Virus record (IMG/VR): IMGVR_UViG_2582581314_000001
Location: 1-64,000 of that record
Reading direction: 5' to 3' (one strand)
Origin: a virus
Taxonomy: Duplodnaviria > Caudoviricetes
DNA length: 64,000 bases
The notes under the pieces were generated by a model that was given only the letters and a program-made list of their open reading frames with translations, was not told the origin of the DNA and ran no database searches. Shown here one piece after another: positions 18,687-28,014 of this stretch (its first letter is position 1; the number at the start of each line of letters is the position of its first letter). Both the position numbers and the translations under genes were made by a program.

Positions 18687-19103
18687 GTACAACTCGACGA
18701 CCCATTCGAGCAGTTCGACAATAACGCGGGTGGGTAGGCGGAGCTCGTCGACGACGCGGGCGCCCTCGTGCTGGGCGGCGAACTCCTCAGCCTGGTCGAG
18801 GTCGTGGAACGTCTCCAGCGTCTCACTGTCCTTGGTGACGTTCAGCCGCAGGAAAGTGTCCGCGGAGTCTTCGAGCATCTGCCGGGCGAGGAACAGGCGC
18901 AGCGCGCGGGCGGTGCGGCGGACGTCCTTCGGGTCGGCGTCGGCGAGGTTGTCGAGGTCGACACCCTTCGCTTTCTGCGCGTCGCGCAGCTCGGCGTACG
19001 CGTCCATGAACTCATCGCCCATGACCTCGGGTTGGAAGAGTAGCTCGGTCCCGCCGATGTCGGCGACGTGGGGCTCGGTGTGGAGTGCGAACGACTTCCT
19101 CAC
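18564..19103 (-). CDS. Tail assembly chaperone (gpG-like)
   Basis: Position before the tape measure gene; LLEWVVELYGGG. Confidence 0.7.
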   Translation of the reverse strand: MRKSFALHTEPHVADIGGTELLFQPEVMGDEFMDAYAELRDAQKAKGVDLDNLADADPKDVRRTARALRLFLARQMLEDSADTFLRLNVTKDSETLETFHDLDQAEEFAAQHEGARVVDELRLPTRVIVELLEWVVELYGGGGTRPTTSSSASSTPSRQAGRRGTGVSPSRASTRTAGR

Positions 19104-19128
19104 GGGTGGTCCTTGTCTCCCGCTCCTC

Positions 19129-19164
19129 GCCCGGCCCAGAACCAGCGGCGTACCCGGCAGAGTA
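19129..19164 (-). promoter_or_regulatory. Late element copy 8: TACTCT-N9-motif
   Basis: Repeat family. Confidence 0.8.
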
Positions 19165-19419
19165 GCGACTCGGTGCGCCTCGTCCCCGACGCCGGTCCCG
19201 CGTCTGGGGCGAGAAGCGGCCAACAGGCGCAGGAAGCGCCCTCACGTTAGCCTGAAAATGAGACGCCAAGTAGATGCAAGCTTCGAATATGACGCGCTCC
19301 TACGAGGGGATTACGCGACGGCGCACTCTCCATCTTGGCTCTCTTCGGTGCGGTCGGTCTGATACCGGCAGTTGCCGCCGGGGGCGCGGCATTTACTCAC
19401 GGGATATCAGGAGGCCCCC

Positions 19420-20733
19420 ATGCCAGCATGGTGGCAGGACTGTGGATTCTGGGCCAGCCCCTACGACGTACGCCCTGTCCCCAGCTCCCACGTCGGCAAC
19501 AAAATCCTTATTGGACGCGAGGACGAGGCAAGCGAGCTCCAGAGCAAAATCGCTAGCGGCAATCTTCTCGCCACCATCAACGGCCCAGTGGGCGTAGGAA
19601 AGACGAGCCTCATAGCCGTGGCTGGATATCGCCTCCATCAGGCATTTCTGCAAGGGGAGGCCCCTCTCATCCCCCTGAGAAAACCCTTGCCCTTGTATCC
19701 AACAGAGACGGTCAGTTCTTTCGAAAGGAAACTATGCTACGAGCTGGCAGATGCATTCATCGAACACCGCGATGCCCTCAAGAAGCGCGGATACCACTTC
19801 CCCAATCCCAATGAAGTTCGAGGATGGCTAAGGAATCCCGTTTGGCGCACCAGGGGGCTTGGCGGAAGCGCCGTAGCAATTGGGGCACAATACACACAAG
19901 GCAGCTCTGGCACGTCATCTCCCGGCTACGTAGAATTCGGCCTCCCAAACACACTGGCGGCATGGCTACATGACTGCTTCCGCGGTGGTGAAGCTGGAGG
20001 TTTCATTTGCACCATCGATAATCTCGAACTTATCTGGCAGCACCGTCAACTACAGGGCGTCCTGGAATCACTGCGAGACTTCGCCTTCTCCCAGCCAGGT
20101 CTCCGCTGGGTATTTTGCGGCGCCGAGCAAGTGGTCCGAACCCTCGCTGCCACGACCCGCCTACACGGGCGACTGGACGATCCGATCGATCTGAATCCGA
20201 TAAGCGAAGACAAGATCGGAACGCTCATCGAAAAGCGTCATGAGGCATACACACGGGACAGGCAGACCAAACCGATCCCGTTCCTGGGACCCGAGGAGTT
20301 CCTCTTCCTGTACGACAAGCTAGGGAAGTCACTGCGAGATTCACTCCGCTACGCTGACTCATTCTCAGGCTGGGCCCACCGCACAGGGACCCATGCTGGG
20401 ACAGACGTGTTGCGCGACTGGCTCATCGAGCGCGGCGCAGAGCACTACCACGCCGCAAGCTACCGAGTGAAGGAAAGGGGATGGAAGCTGTTTGACGACC
20501 TTGTAGCAGCAGGGGGCTTGTGCACGTACAGTCAGCACAAGGAGTTCGGCTTCCTGAAGGATGGGCCCATGCGGGACCAAATGCAGAGGCTGCTCGACGC
20601 CAACCTGGTTCGAGCAGAAACGGTTCCAGGGAGTAGGCGTCACTCTCTAACCGTGACCCCCCTGGGACACCTCGTAGGAATGACGATGTCCAGCCCCCTT
20701 GCACAGCCACTCCATCACTCGCCAAGCGGTTGA
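19420..20733 (+). CDS. P-loop NTPase with C-terminal wHTH (moron, candidate defence)
   Basis: Walker A GPVGVGKTS, Walker B FICTIDNLE; opposite strand; visibly lower GC; AGGAGG RBS. Confidence 0.8.
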   Translation: MPAWWQDCGFWASPYDVRPVPSSHVGNKILIGREDEASELQSKIASGNLLATINGPVGVGKTSLIAVAGYRLHQAFLQGEAPLIPLRKPLPLYPTETVSSFERKLCYELADAFIEHRDALKKRGYHFPNPNEVRGWLRNPVWRTRGLGGSAVAIGAQYTQGSSGTSSPGYVEFGLPNTLAAWLHDCFRGGEAGGFICTIDNLELIWQHRQLQGVLESLRDFAFSQPGLRWVFCGAEQVVRTLAATTRLHGRLDDPIDLNPISEDKIGTLIEKRHEAYTRDRQTKPIPFLGPEEFLFLYDKLGKSLRDSLRYADSFSGWAHRTGTHAGTDVLRDWLIERGAEHYHAASYRVKERGWKLFDDLVAAGGLCTYSQHKEFGFLKDGPMRDQMQRLLDANLVRAETVPGSRRHSLTVTPLGHLVGMTMSSPLAQPLHHSPSG

Positions 20734-20775
20734 GTTCGGGGGGCTCCAGGGATCTAACCCGATGCGGACTGACAG

Positions 20776-21156
20776 TCACCGACCAAGGCGCAGCGCACGC
20801 GCCATGAAGTCATTGGGCCTTGTGCCCGGGTGCCGTACGAGGCGGGTGAAGACAACGCGCCCGTCAACCTCGAACCTGAGCACGCCCTTCGGTCTTCGCG
20901 GGCGGATGAGGTGGGGCCTCGTACCGTCGAGTACATAGCGGACGGCCGGGTGGTCGCACACGATTACGCCTTCCAGGCCACGAGGCCCCTCCTGCACCTT
21001 CCAGGAGATGTACCGGCCCATGCTGCCGGGCGCTTCTGCCTCTGCGATCCGTGCGACGCGCTCGGTGCGCTGGCTGATCCGCCGGTAGGCGATGCTGCCC
21101 CGGGCTCGCAAGAGTCTGGCTAGCCGGCCGGGCTCGATCTGCACCTCAACACTCAC
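20776..21156 (-). CDS. Neck/tail-completion protein (HK97 gp10-like)
   Basis: YV.DGTRPH.IRP and V.HPGT.PN.F motifs. Confidence 0.7.
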   Translation of the reverse strand: MSVEVQIEPGRLARLLRARGSIAYRRISQRTERVARIAEAEAPGSMGRYISWKVQEGPRGLEGVIVCDHPAVRYVLDGTRPHLIRPRRPKGVLRFEVDGRVVFTRLVRHPGTRPNDFMARALRLGR

Positions 21157-21736
21157 AGTCGGCCTCCGGGCACTTGCAGCCCGGCAGCGCGATGGTGACG
21201 CGCTGCTCGACGCCGACGCAGCCGCCTTGCGGGCCGAGGGTCTGCTGACGGCCGAGGATGTACGGCTGGCCGCGCCGCCGTCGTCCTCCGGCGGCGGCGA
21301 GGCAGCACGCGATCGCGTTGAAGACTGCGACGGCGTCGATGTGGGTGATGCGGGCCGCCGCTTCGAGGTCCTCGCACGACGGCGGGCAGCCCTCTTCGGT
21401 TGGGCCCGGCGCGCATCGCAGCACCGTGACGACGAGCTCGACAGCCGTCGACAGCGGCGGCGTGCAGCCGCGTACGTTCTGCGGGGTGTTGTCCTCGGCG
21501 GGGAAGTTCGTCGAGGCGTACATGCGGGACAGGTTCACCGTCAGCTGGCCGCCGACGTCGCCGGTGCACGGGTCGGCGCACTCGTCCCACGCGGGCAGGC
21601 CAGGCACGAGACAGCGGCGGCAGGTCGGGCAGCCCGGATAGTCCTCCACCTGCGTGGCGATCTCATCGAGGGTGGCGCACACGCAGGCCAGCAGATCGGA
21701 GGCGGCCTCGTGGATGGCGAGCGGAAGGAGCGGCAC
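21146..21736 (-). CDS. Cys-rich head-tail joining or tail terminator-like protein
   Basis: Position in the neck cluster; GPQGGCVG. Confidence 0.6.
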   Translation of the reverse strand: MPLLPLAIHEAASDLLACVCATLDEIATQVEDYPGCPTCRRCLVPGLPAWDECADPCTGDVGGQLTVNLSRMYASTNFPAEDNTPQNVRGCTPPLSTAVELVVTVLRCAPGPTEEGCPPSCEDLEAAARITHIDAVAVFNAIACCLAAAGGRRRRGQPYILGRQQTLGPQGGCVGVEQRVTIALPGCKCPEADCEC

Positions 21737-21751
21737 GGTGGTGGTCCTCTT

Positions 21752-22561
21752 CTACGGCCAGATCTGGATGCGCGGTCGCTTGAAGTCCGGGCTGTAGACC
21801 CGGCTCGGCGACGTCTGCCGGTAGGGGTTGACGGCGGTCAGCCACATGTCGACCGCGGGGAGGCCGGTCCGCATCTCCGAGTAGATGACGGTCGGGTCCG
21901 CGAACTCCAGGTCGACGCCTTGCCGGGAGATCCGGCTGAGGTTCTTGTTCGTGGCGACCTTGCACCCACAGCCGCCCGAGCAGTCCTTGACGAGGTGGCA
22001 GACCAGCGCGCTGAACGCGGCGATCGCCGCGTCGTCGAGGGGCAGGCCGATCCGGTAGGTGACGCAGAAGGTGTTCGGTTCGCCGCACGGTGCGGCCATG
22101 TCCTGGCAGTCGGGCCAGCACCCGCCGTCCGTACGGACCAGGAGGCCGGAGGCGTCGACGCGGTACGCGCCGGTCGGCAGGGTCTCGCCGTCGACCTCGA
22201 CGGCCAGGACGTCGTGCACCGGGCCTTCGAGACGCACTTCGCACAGCTCACCGCACGAGCAGTCGGACTGGCAGCCGCAGACGCTGGCGTTGCGCCATGC
22301 CCCATCGCGGCCGAGGTACGGAATCCACGGCCCGGCCGTGCCCCCGCGCACGGTGAGCGGGGAGGCGTCGAGGCAGCGCTTCCGGCACGGCCGCACCGTG
22401 TACGGGCAGGACGGGCCCCAGCGCCGGCCGGACAGCGCCCACAGGATGAACGTCGCGACGGCACGCTGCCGGTCGATGGTCTCCTGCCGGACGCCTTCCG
22501 GGAGTTGGCAGCAATCGGGTTCGAACGGCCACGGCTCGCACGGGCCGATGCGCAGCGGCAT
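21752..22561 (-). CDS. Head-to-tail adaptor protein
   Basis: LWALSGRRW, SRQGV and TGLP.VD.WL..VNP motifs of actinophage adaptors. Confidence 0.7.
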   Translation of the reverse strand: MPLRIGPCEPWPFEPDCCQLPEGVRQETIDRQRAVATFILWALSGRRWGPSCPYTVRPCRKRCLDASPLTVRGGTAGPWIPYLGRDGAWRNASVCGCQSDCSCGELCEVRLEGPVHDVLAVEVDGETLPTGAYRVDASGLLVRTDGGCWPDCQDMAAPCGEPNTFCVTYRIGLPLDDAAIAAFSALVCHLVKDCSGGCGCKVATNKNLSRISRQGVDLEFADPTVIYSEMRTGLPAVDMWLTAVNPYRQTSPSRVYSPDFKRPRIQIWP

Positions 22562-22562
22562 G

Positions 22563-23270
22563 TCACCGCCTCCCGCGCTTCTCGTACGGGCTCGACTCCG
22601 GGAACGCGCCACGGACGAGCCGGCCGACCGCGCCGTTGTAGAAGCTGTCCGGCATCGTCGACAGGAACGGGGAGGCGGCCTCGAACTGGGGGCCTCGGCG
22701 GGCGACCTTGACGTCCCGCATCGGTGTGCCGGCGATGCCGTTCACCACCCCGTACACGGTTCGCTTGTGGACGTCGTGGCCCTGCCCGACCTCCAGCGCG
22801 CGCAGCATGCCCTCCTTGTGCACGGGGAGCGGCACGTGCAGCTCGAACGACGTCGGATCCTCGTAGCCCAGGCTGGTGAGGAAGGCGTGCGTCTCCCTCA
22901 TGGCGGCCACGTACGCGCTGGAGCGGGCCCCGTACTGGCCGAACACTTCCCGCACCGGGCCGCGGTGGTACACCGGGAACGGGGCGGGCTGCGGGGCCAT
23001 GACGAAGAAGTCGTCGTTGGCCCACAGGAACGGGTCGGATACCTCCGGGTGCTCGCACGCGGCGCGCATCGCGGTGGTGGTGTTGACGTAGGCGGGGGTG
23101 TCGCGCTGGTGGGTGGGGATTTGGCGAGCACCGGCCGCCCACCATGGCCGGTAGCCGACGATCCACACGTGCCGGTGCGGGAGATGGGTCGCCCACGAGC
23201 GCAGCGCGTACCGCAGCTGCTCGTTGTGGGCCCCTTCCCGCACCGGAACGACGATGTCCGGCAACTCCAT
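22563..23270 (-). CDS. Stealth-like sugar-phosphotransferase / glycosyltransferase
   Basis: NEQLRYALRS, F.WANDDFF, ELHVP.P. Confidence 0.6.
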   Translation of the reverse strand: MELPDIVVPVREGAHNEQLRYALRSWATHLPHRHVWIVGYRPWWAAGARQIPTHQRDTPAYVNTTTAMRAACEHPEVSDPFLWANDDFFVMAPQPAPFPVYHRGPVREVFGQYGARSSAYVAAMRETHAFLTSLGYEDPTSFELHVPLPVHKEGMLRALEVGQGHDVHKRTVYGVVNGIAGTPMRDVKVARRGPQFEAASPFLSTMPDSFYNGAVGRLVRGAFPESSPYEKRGRR

Positions 23271-23968
23271 TACGACGCGAGGGACATGGAGTCGCAGGTC
23301 ACCGGTGTGTAGTCACACGACGGCTCCGGCGGGGCGACCGTGGTGATGAACGTCCGGCGGTGGCAGGACGAGTCCAGCGGGGTGAGCATCGGGCCCGGGG
23401 TGCCGGCCGCGTCGATCGGCTGCACGTCGTACGGGCCCACGCCCCACGAGCCGCCCGCGCGGGTGGAGCCGGTGATCTGGAGGGTGACCGCCTCCGAGCC
23501 GATCTCCAGGTCGCCGATGATCCCGTTGGTGACCCACGGCATCAGCCAGTACAGCCACTGCCCTTGGGCGCCGTCGGCGCACTCCTCGCCGAGGACCTCC
23601 GCCCAGAGCTCCAGCGCGAAGCCGGTGTTGCACTGGATGGAGCAGGTGTCGAAGCCGATCGGGGTTCCGTCGTAGCCGAGGTACACCGGGTTGCCGGTGA
23701 GGATCTCGACCATCTCCGGCGAGACACTGAAGACGTTGAGCTCCAGGTCCAGCCCGTTGAACGTCGGGCAGCCCTTCTTGAAGCCGCAGATCTTGCCGTT
23801 GGCGGCCTTGTACTGGATGTCGTCGCCGTCGTCGGAGTTGACTTTCATGGCGAGGGAGCTGAAGCACTCGAAGACGAAGCCGTTGTCGTCGCCGCAGACC
23901 GGGTTACCGCACTGGTCGACCCTGGTGATGCGCATGACGTCGGCGTTGGCAATCAGGGGACAGGACAT
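23270..23968 (-). CDS. Major tail (tube) protein
   Basis: RITRVD.CG, KAANGK.C, FALELW, YWL.PWV; position in the operon. Confidence 0.75.
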   Translation of the reverse strand: MSCPLIANADVMRITRVDQCGNPVCGDDNGFVFECFSSLAMKVNSDDGDDIQYKAANGKICGFKKGCPTFNGLDLELNVFSVSPEMVEILTGNPVYLGYDGTPIGFDTCSIQCNTGFALELWAEVLGEECADGAQGQWLYWLMPWVTNGIIGDLEIGSEAVTLQITGSTRAGGSWGVGPYDVQPIDAAGTPGPMLTPLDSSCHRRTFITTVAPPEPSCDYTPVTCDSMSLAS

Positions 23969-23996
23969 GCCCAAGGACTCCTGACATCTCGCAGAA

Positions 23997-24031
23997 GTCC
24001 GGCCCACAACCAGCGACTGAGGCACAGTCTA
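23997..24031 (-). promoter_or_regulatory. Late element copy 9: TAGACT-N8-GTCGCTGGTTGTGGGCCGGAC
   Basis: Repeat family with a compensatory T-A pair. Confidence 0.8.
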
Positions 24032-24170
24032 GCGATCAGCGCCTCTTCCCCGGAGAACCTCGCTGCGGCCGTCACTGGCGAAGCTTATAAAATTCGAACC
24101 GCAGTTGAGGTAGAGTCCTTATAAGCCTGCTCTCACCCTCTCGGAGGTCCCCTTGGCCCTGCCCCTCGCA

Positions 24171-24836
24171 ATGCCGTCTCCTGAACACGAGGACGTACAA
24201 GCCCAGTTGGGCGGCATGGGAACTCGGTTGGAGTTCCTGCACGATGTACTGCGCGCAGGTGAGGCAGCGCGGCGAACCGCCGTTCCCAATGACCCGACGG
24301 GAACGGCTGGCCGACGGGCCTATGAGGCACATGTAAGGACCATCCGCGAGCTGCACATCGAGCGGGAGGGGTGGGCCCGGCTCATTCACGGCCGCCTCGA
24401 ACTTGTCTGCAACGCGGACCGGTCGATCGCGATGGGGATAATGGTCGGCGACGCCGCCACGGGGCAGGCAAGCCTGTTCCCGAAGAACGCGCGTCGACGC
24501 GGACCCGCAACCGACATGGTCACTCGCGCCAATGCCGGCGAGGGTGCCCCACACGTTCAGACTGCGTTGTTCGTAGCCGGTGTCGGCCCTGACGGGGTTG
24601 CACTGAGCGAAGAAGAAGCATGCGCCCTGAAGACGTGGTTCCTGCTGTCCTATCGCACCAAGATCGGCGAGGCGGTGCGGATCGACTGTGAGCTGTCGCA
24701 ACCTAAGAGGTTCGAGGACGGCTTCGTGGTCGAATGGAGTAGGCGGATTCCACTTCCGGCCCTCGTGATGGACGGAATCGAACTTACGAACGATGATGGG
24801 CCCGGAGAGATCGACATCCCCGTCGACTTCCGCTGA
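24171..24836 (+). CDS. Putative toxin upstream of an HTH-metallopeptidase (RosmerTA RmrT-like)
   Basis: TWFLL...ELSQP...W..RI.L; operon with an XRE-IrrE gene. Confidence 0.5.
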   Translation: MPSPEHEDVQAQLGGMGTRLEFLHDVLRAGEAARRTAVPNDPTGTAGRRAYEAHVRTIRELHIEREGWARLIHGRLELVCNADRSIAMGIMVGDAATGQASLFPKNARRRGPATDMVTRANAGEGAPHVQTALFVAGVGPDGVALSEEEACALKTWFLLSYRTKIGEAVRIDCELSQPKRFEDGFVVEWSRRIPLPALVMDGIELTNDDGPGEIDIPVDFR

Positions 24837-24902
24837 GGCCCATTGGTGGGGCGGCGAGCCCTGTCGCCCCACCGTGCACCACCAATAACTGAGGCAGCCC
24901 AC

Positions 24903-25991
24903 ATGGTGACCCCGTCCCGCATCACACTGGCCCGCAAGCGCAGGGGCCTCACCCTCGCCGAGCTCTCGGACCGGGCCGGGGTGTCACTCCAGAGCCTGTC
25001 GAACTACGAAACAGGGCGCACCGCCCCACGTTCTGACACCGTCGCCAAGATCGCCTCAGCACTGGACTTTCCCGTTTCCTTCTTCGGAGGTCCCGCGCTG
25101 GACGAACTCCCGGCGGAAGGCATCTCCTGGCGCGCCCGCAGTAAGACGTCGGCAAGGATCCTTGAAGCCGCTCGGGCCGCCGGCACGCTGGGCGCAATGT
25201 TGTACGACTGGATCGACGAGAGGTTCCGCCTGCCAGCAGCGAACGTGCCCTCGCTGGGCAAACCCGACCCTGAGACAGCCGCAGGCATGGTCCGCACCCG
25301 CTGGGGTCTGGGAGAAGCGCCGGCACCCAACATGGTGCACCTACTGGAGGCACACGGAGTTCGGGTGTTCTCGCTGGACCCCGATCATGCCGAGGTCGAC
25401 GCATTCGCGGTGTGGCGCGACGGTGTTCCATTCGTGTTCCTCAACACGCTCAAGTCAGCTGAGCGAGGGCGCTTCGACGCTGCGCACGAACTGGGCCATC
25501 TCGTCATGCACGGCACCGAGCATGCCTGCTCAGGACCCGAGGCCGAACGTCAAGCGAACGAGTTCGCCTCCGCCTTCCTGATGCCTCGGGCGAGCGTTCT
25601 CGGGCACATGCCGTCGGGCGCGCACGTCGACCAGATCCTCCGTGCCAAACAGATCTGGAACGTTTCCGCGATGGCCCTGACTTACCGCATGCACGACTTG
25701 GGTCTGCTCTCCGACTGGCAGTACCGGTCCACATGCGCCGAGCTGAGCCGTTTGGGGTACCGGTCCGGCGAACCGCGGGGCATGGGCCATCGCGAAACGT
25801 CGCAGGTTTTGACGAAGGTCTTCACCGCGCTGCGTTCGAAGCGAGTTCGCCCCTCGGCCATCGCCGCCGAGCTCGGGCTCACAAGTGAGGAAATGAACCG
25901 GCTGCTGTTCGGACTCACTCTCACCACCTTCGAAGGTGAGGGACGATTCGCGGCAGCTTCGGCGGAGCGCAGTCTGTCAATCGTCCCCTGA
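24903..25991 (+). CDS. XRE HTH + ImmA/IrrE zinc metallopeptidase (RmrA-like antitoxin)
   Basis: HTH (LTLAELSDRAGVSLQSLSNYETG), RFDAAHELGHLV, E.QANEFASAFLMP. Confidence 0.88.
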   Translation: MVTPSRITLARKRRGLTLAELSDRAGVSLQSLSNYETGRTAPRSDTVAKIASALDFPVSFFGGPALDELPAEGISWRARSKTSARILEAARAAGTLGAMLYDWIDERFRLPAANVPSLGKPDPETAAGMVRTRWGLGEAPAPNMVHLLEAHGVRVFSLDPDHAEVDAFAVWRDGVPFVFLNTLKSAERGRFDAAHELGHLVMHGTEHACSGPEAERQANEFASAFLMPRASVLGHMPSGAHVDQILRAKQIWNVSAMALTYRMHDLGLLSDWQYRSTCAELSRLGYRSGEPRGMGHRETSQVLTKVFTALRSKRVRPSAIAAELGLTSEEMNRLLFGLTLTTFEGEGRFAAASAERSLSIVP

Positions 25992-26014
25992 GGAACCGCA
26001 GGCGTCCGGCATCG

Positions 26015-27997
26015 TTAGCCGAGGCACAGGAGCGTCTGGATGGCTTCCACCCACTCCTTGATCTCCGTGGTCATCTGGTCGGCGAGGAACGCGCTCCGGG
26101 CGAACGCGGAAGCGACCGCCGCGTCCCGACGCTCGCCGTCTGGGTACAGCTCCTTGACCGCCGCCACCCATGCGCGGACGTCCGCCCGGTCGATGAACGT
26201 GCCGGCGTCGCCGAGTGACTCGCGCAGGCCCGGGGTTGGGTGGGCGATGACGGGGATGCCGGAGGCGAGGGCTTCCACGGCGGCCATGCCGTAGCTCTCG
26301 TACACGGAGGGCACCATCAGGACCCGGGTCTGGGCCCACACGTCGGTGCGCATGTTGGAGGTCTGGGGGATGACTCGCATGTTCCGCATCACCGGGCGCA
26401 GGATCTGGCGGCCGTGGCCGCCGGTGACGCCGAGGAACGGCAGGGTCCGCAGGTGGGCGGCGGCACTCCTCCATGTGTCCACACCCTTGTGCCGGTTGAG
26501 GTTGACCAGCGTGACGCGCTCCCCCGTAGCCGGGGTGCGGTGCTCGTCCGGGATCACTGGAGGGTGGATCACCACGGAGGGGATGAGCCCGACTTCGACG
26601 TAGCGGGGTGCGAGGGAGGCGCGCACCCACTGCGTGTTGTAGACGCACAGGTCCGGCCACAGGGCCAACGGCCGCGCCGCGATGTCGAAGTCGTTGTGCA
26701 TCACCAGGACGGACCGGGCGCCGATGTCCTTGGCCAGGGACACGGTGCTCATGGCGAAGTCGTGGTGAGAGACCAGGACTCGCGGCCTCATGGACCGGAT
26801 CGCCGTTTCCGCCGCGGCCGGGTCCAGCTCTGCGTAGGAGACGCCTTCAACATCCCACGCTGGGGGCGCCTCCGGCATCGCCGAACACACCACCAGCACG
26901 TCAAGGCCCTCGTGCTTCAACGCGCGCATCATCGTGTGCAGCATCGTCTCCGAGCCCGCACGCCGGTAAGGCACCCCGAAGTGCAGCCAGGCGACGACGT
27001 CCGGCGACCGCCCTTGGAGGGTATCCAGGGCCATCGGAGTACGGGCGGCGGTCGTGGCTGCGGCGTCGGGCCGTACAACGCTCAGGCACGCGGCCTCGAA
27101 CTCTCGCAGGTTGCCCGCGAAGTCCAAGCCCTCGGCGTGCCCGCGCGCCCGAGCGGACGCCTCCGCGTACACGTCCGGATCGGACAGCAGGCGGCGCAGC
27201 TCCGCCACCCACCGGTCGATGTCCTCTCGCGGGACGTAGGTGGCGCCGTCCCCGTACGCCTCCCGCAGGGATGGCAGCGGGGCGGCGAGAACGGGGATGC
27301 CGGAAACCATGGCCTCAACGCCGGCCCGCCCGTAGGACTCCACCATGGACGGCACGAGCTGAACGCGGGTGCGGGCGTAGACATGCCGCGGGCCGGTGCG
27401 TTCGTTGACCTCCACGTTCGGCGGCATGCTGACGGCCTGCCTGCGAGATGCCCTGACCATGAGGAACCGCGTGTCCGGCATCCGTGCCGCCATCGCGGCA
27501 AGCACATCCGCGCCCTTGCCGGGCGTGGAGCCGTTCAGGGTGACCACGCCGCCCGGCGTCGTCCGGTACAGCTCCGGGTTGATCGGCGGCGGCAGCACGA
27601 TGGACCGGCCGCGGTAGCCGGGGAAGTGGTCCCGGCAAGCCTGCGACGGAAACCAGGCCAGGGCCGGCCTGCCGAGGTCGTGGTGGGAGGACATGCCGTG
27701 CACCATCAGCAGCTGCGGCACCGTCCGCAGCTGCCGGATGATCTGCGAGGCGCGCCGGTCCCCATGATGGGAGATGATCAGCTGTGGCCGGGCTTTGTGG
27801 ATGGCGTACCGCCAGTTGCCCAGCGGCCACACCTTCACCCCTTCCTCGGTGCGGGGCCGACTGGGCGCGCGGCTCGTGGTGACGACCTGCACCGAGTGGC
27901 CGGCCGCAGCGAGGCCCCGGAGGTACTCGCGGGTGGTGATGACCGCTCCGTTCGGGGGCACTGGCCCGTACGTCGGCAGGATTGCCAGGATGTGCAT
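26015..27997 (-). CDS. Tandem two-module GT-B (GT4-like) glycosyltransferase
   Basis: Two copies of PS..ESYG.A.VEA..SGIPV. Confidence 0.85.
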   Translation of the reverse strand: MHILAILPTYGPVPPNGAVITTREYLRGLAAAGHSVQVVTTSRAPSRPRTEEGVKVWPLGNWRYAIHKARPQLIISHHGDRRASQIIRQLRTVPQLLMVHGMSSHHDLGRPALAWFPSQACRDHFPGYRGRSIVLPPPINPELYRTTPGGVVTLNGSTPGKGADVLAAMAARMPDTRFLMVRASRRQAVSMPPNVEVNERTGPRHVYARTRVQLVPSMVESYGRAGVEAMVSGIPVLAAPLPSLREAYGDGATYVPREDIDRWVAELRRLLSDPDVYAEASARARGHAEGLDFAGNLREFEAACLSVVRPDAAATTAARTPMALDTLQGRSPDVVAWLHFGVPYRRAGSETMLHTMMRALKHEGLDVLVVCSAMPEAPPAWDVEGVSYAELDPAAAETAIRSMRPRVLVSHHDFAMSTVSLAKDIGARSVLVMHNDFDIAARPLALWPDLCVYNTQWVRASLAPRYVEVGLIPSVVIHPPVIPDEHRTPATGERVTLVNLNRHKGVDTWRSAAAHLRTLPFLGVTGGHGRQILRPVMRNMRVIPQTSNMRTDVWAQTRVLMVPSVYESYGMAAVEALASGIPVIAHPTPGLRESLGDAGTFIDRADVRAWVAAVKELYPDGERRDAAVASAFARSAFLADQMTTEIKEWVEAIQTLLCLG

Positions 27998-28014
27998 ACG
28001 ACCTTCCCGCCGTG

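Noticed and set aside
13591-23968. Contractile injection system or tailocin
   Set aside because: No sheath or baseplate wedge genes are recognisable, while terminase, portal and capsid genes are present.
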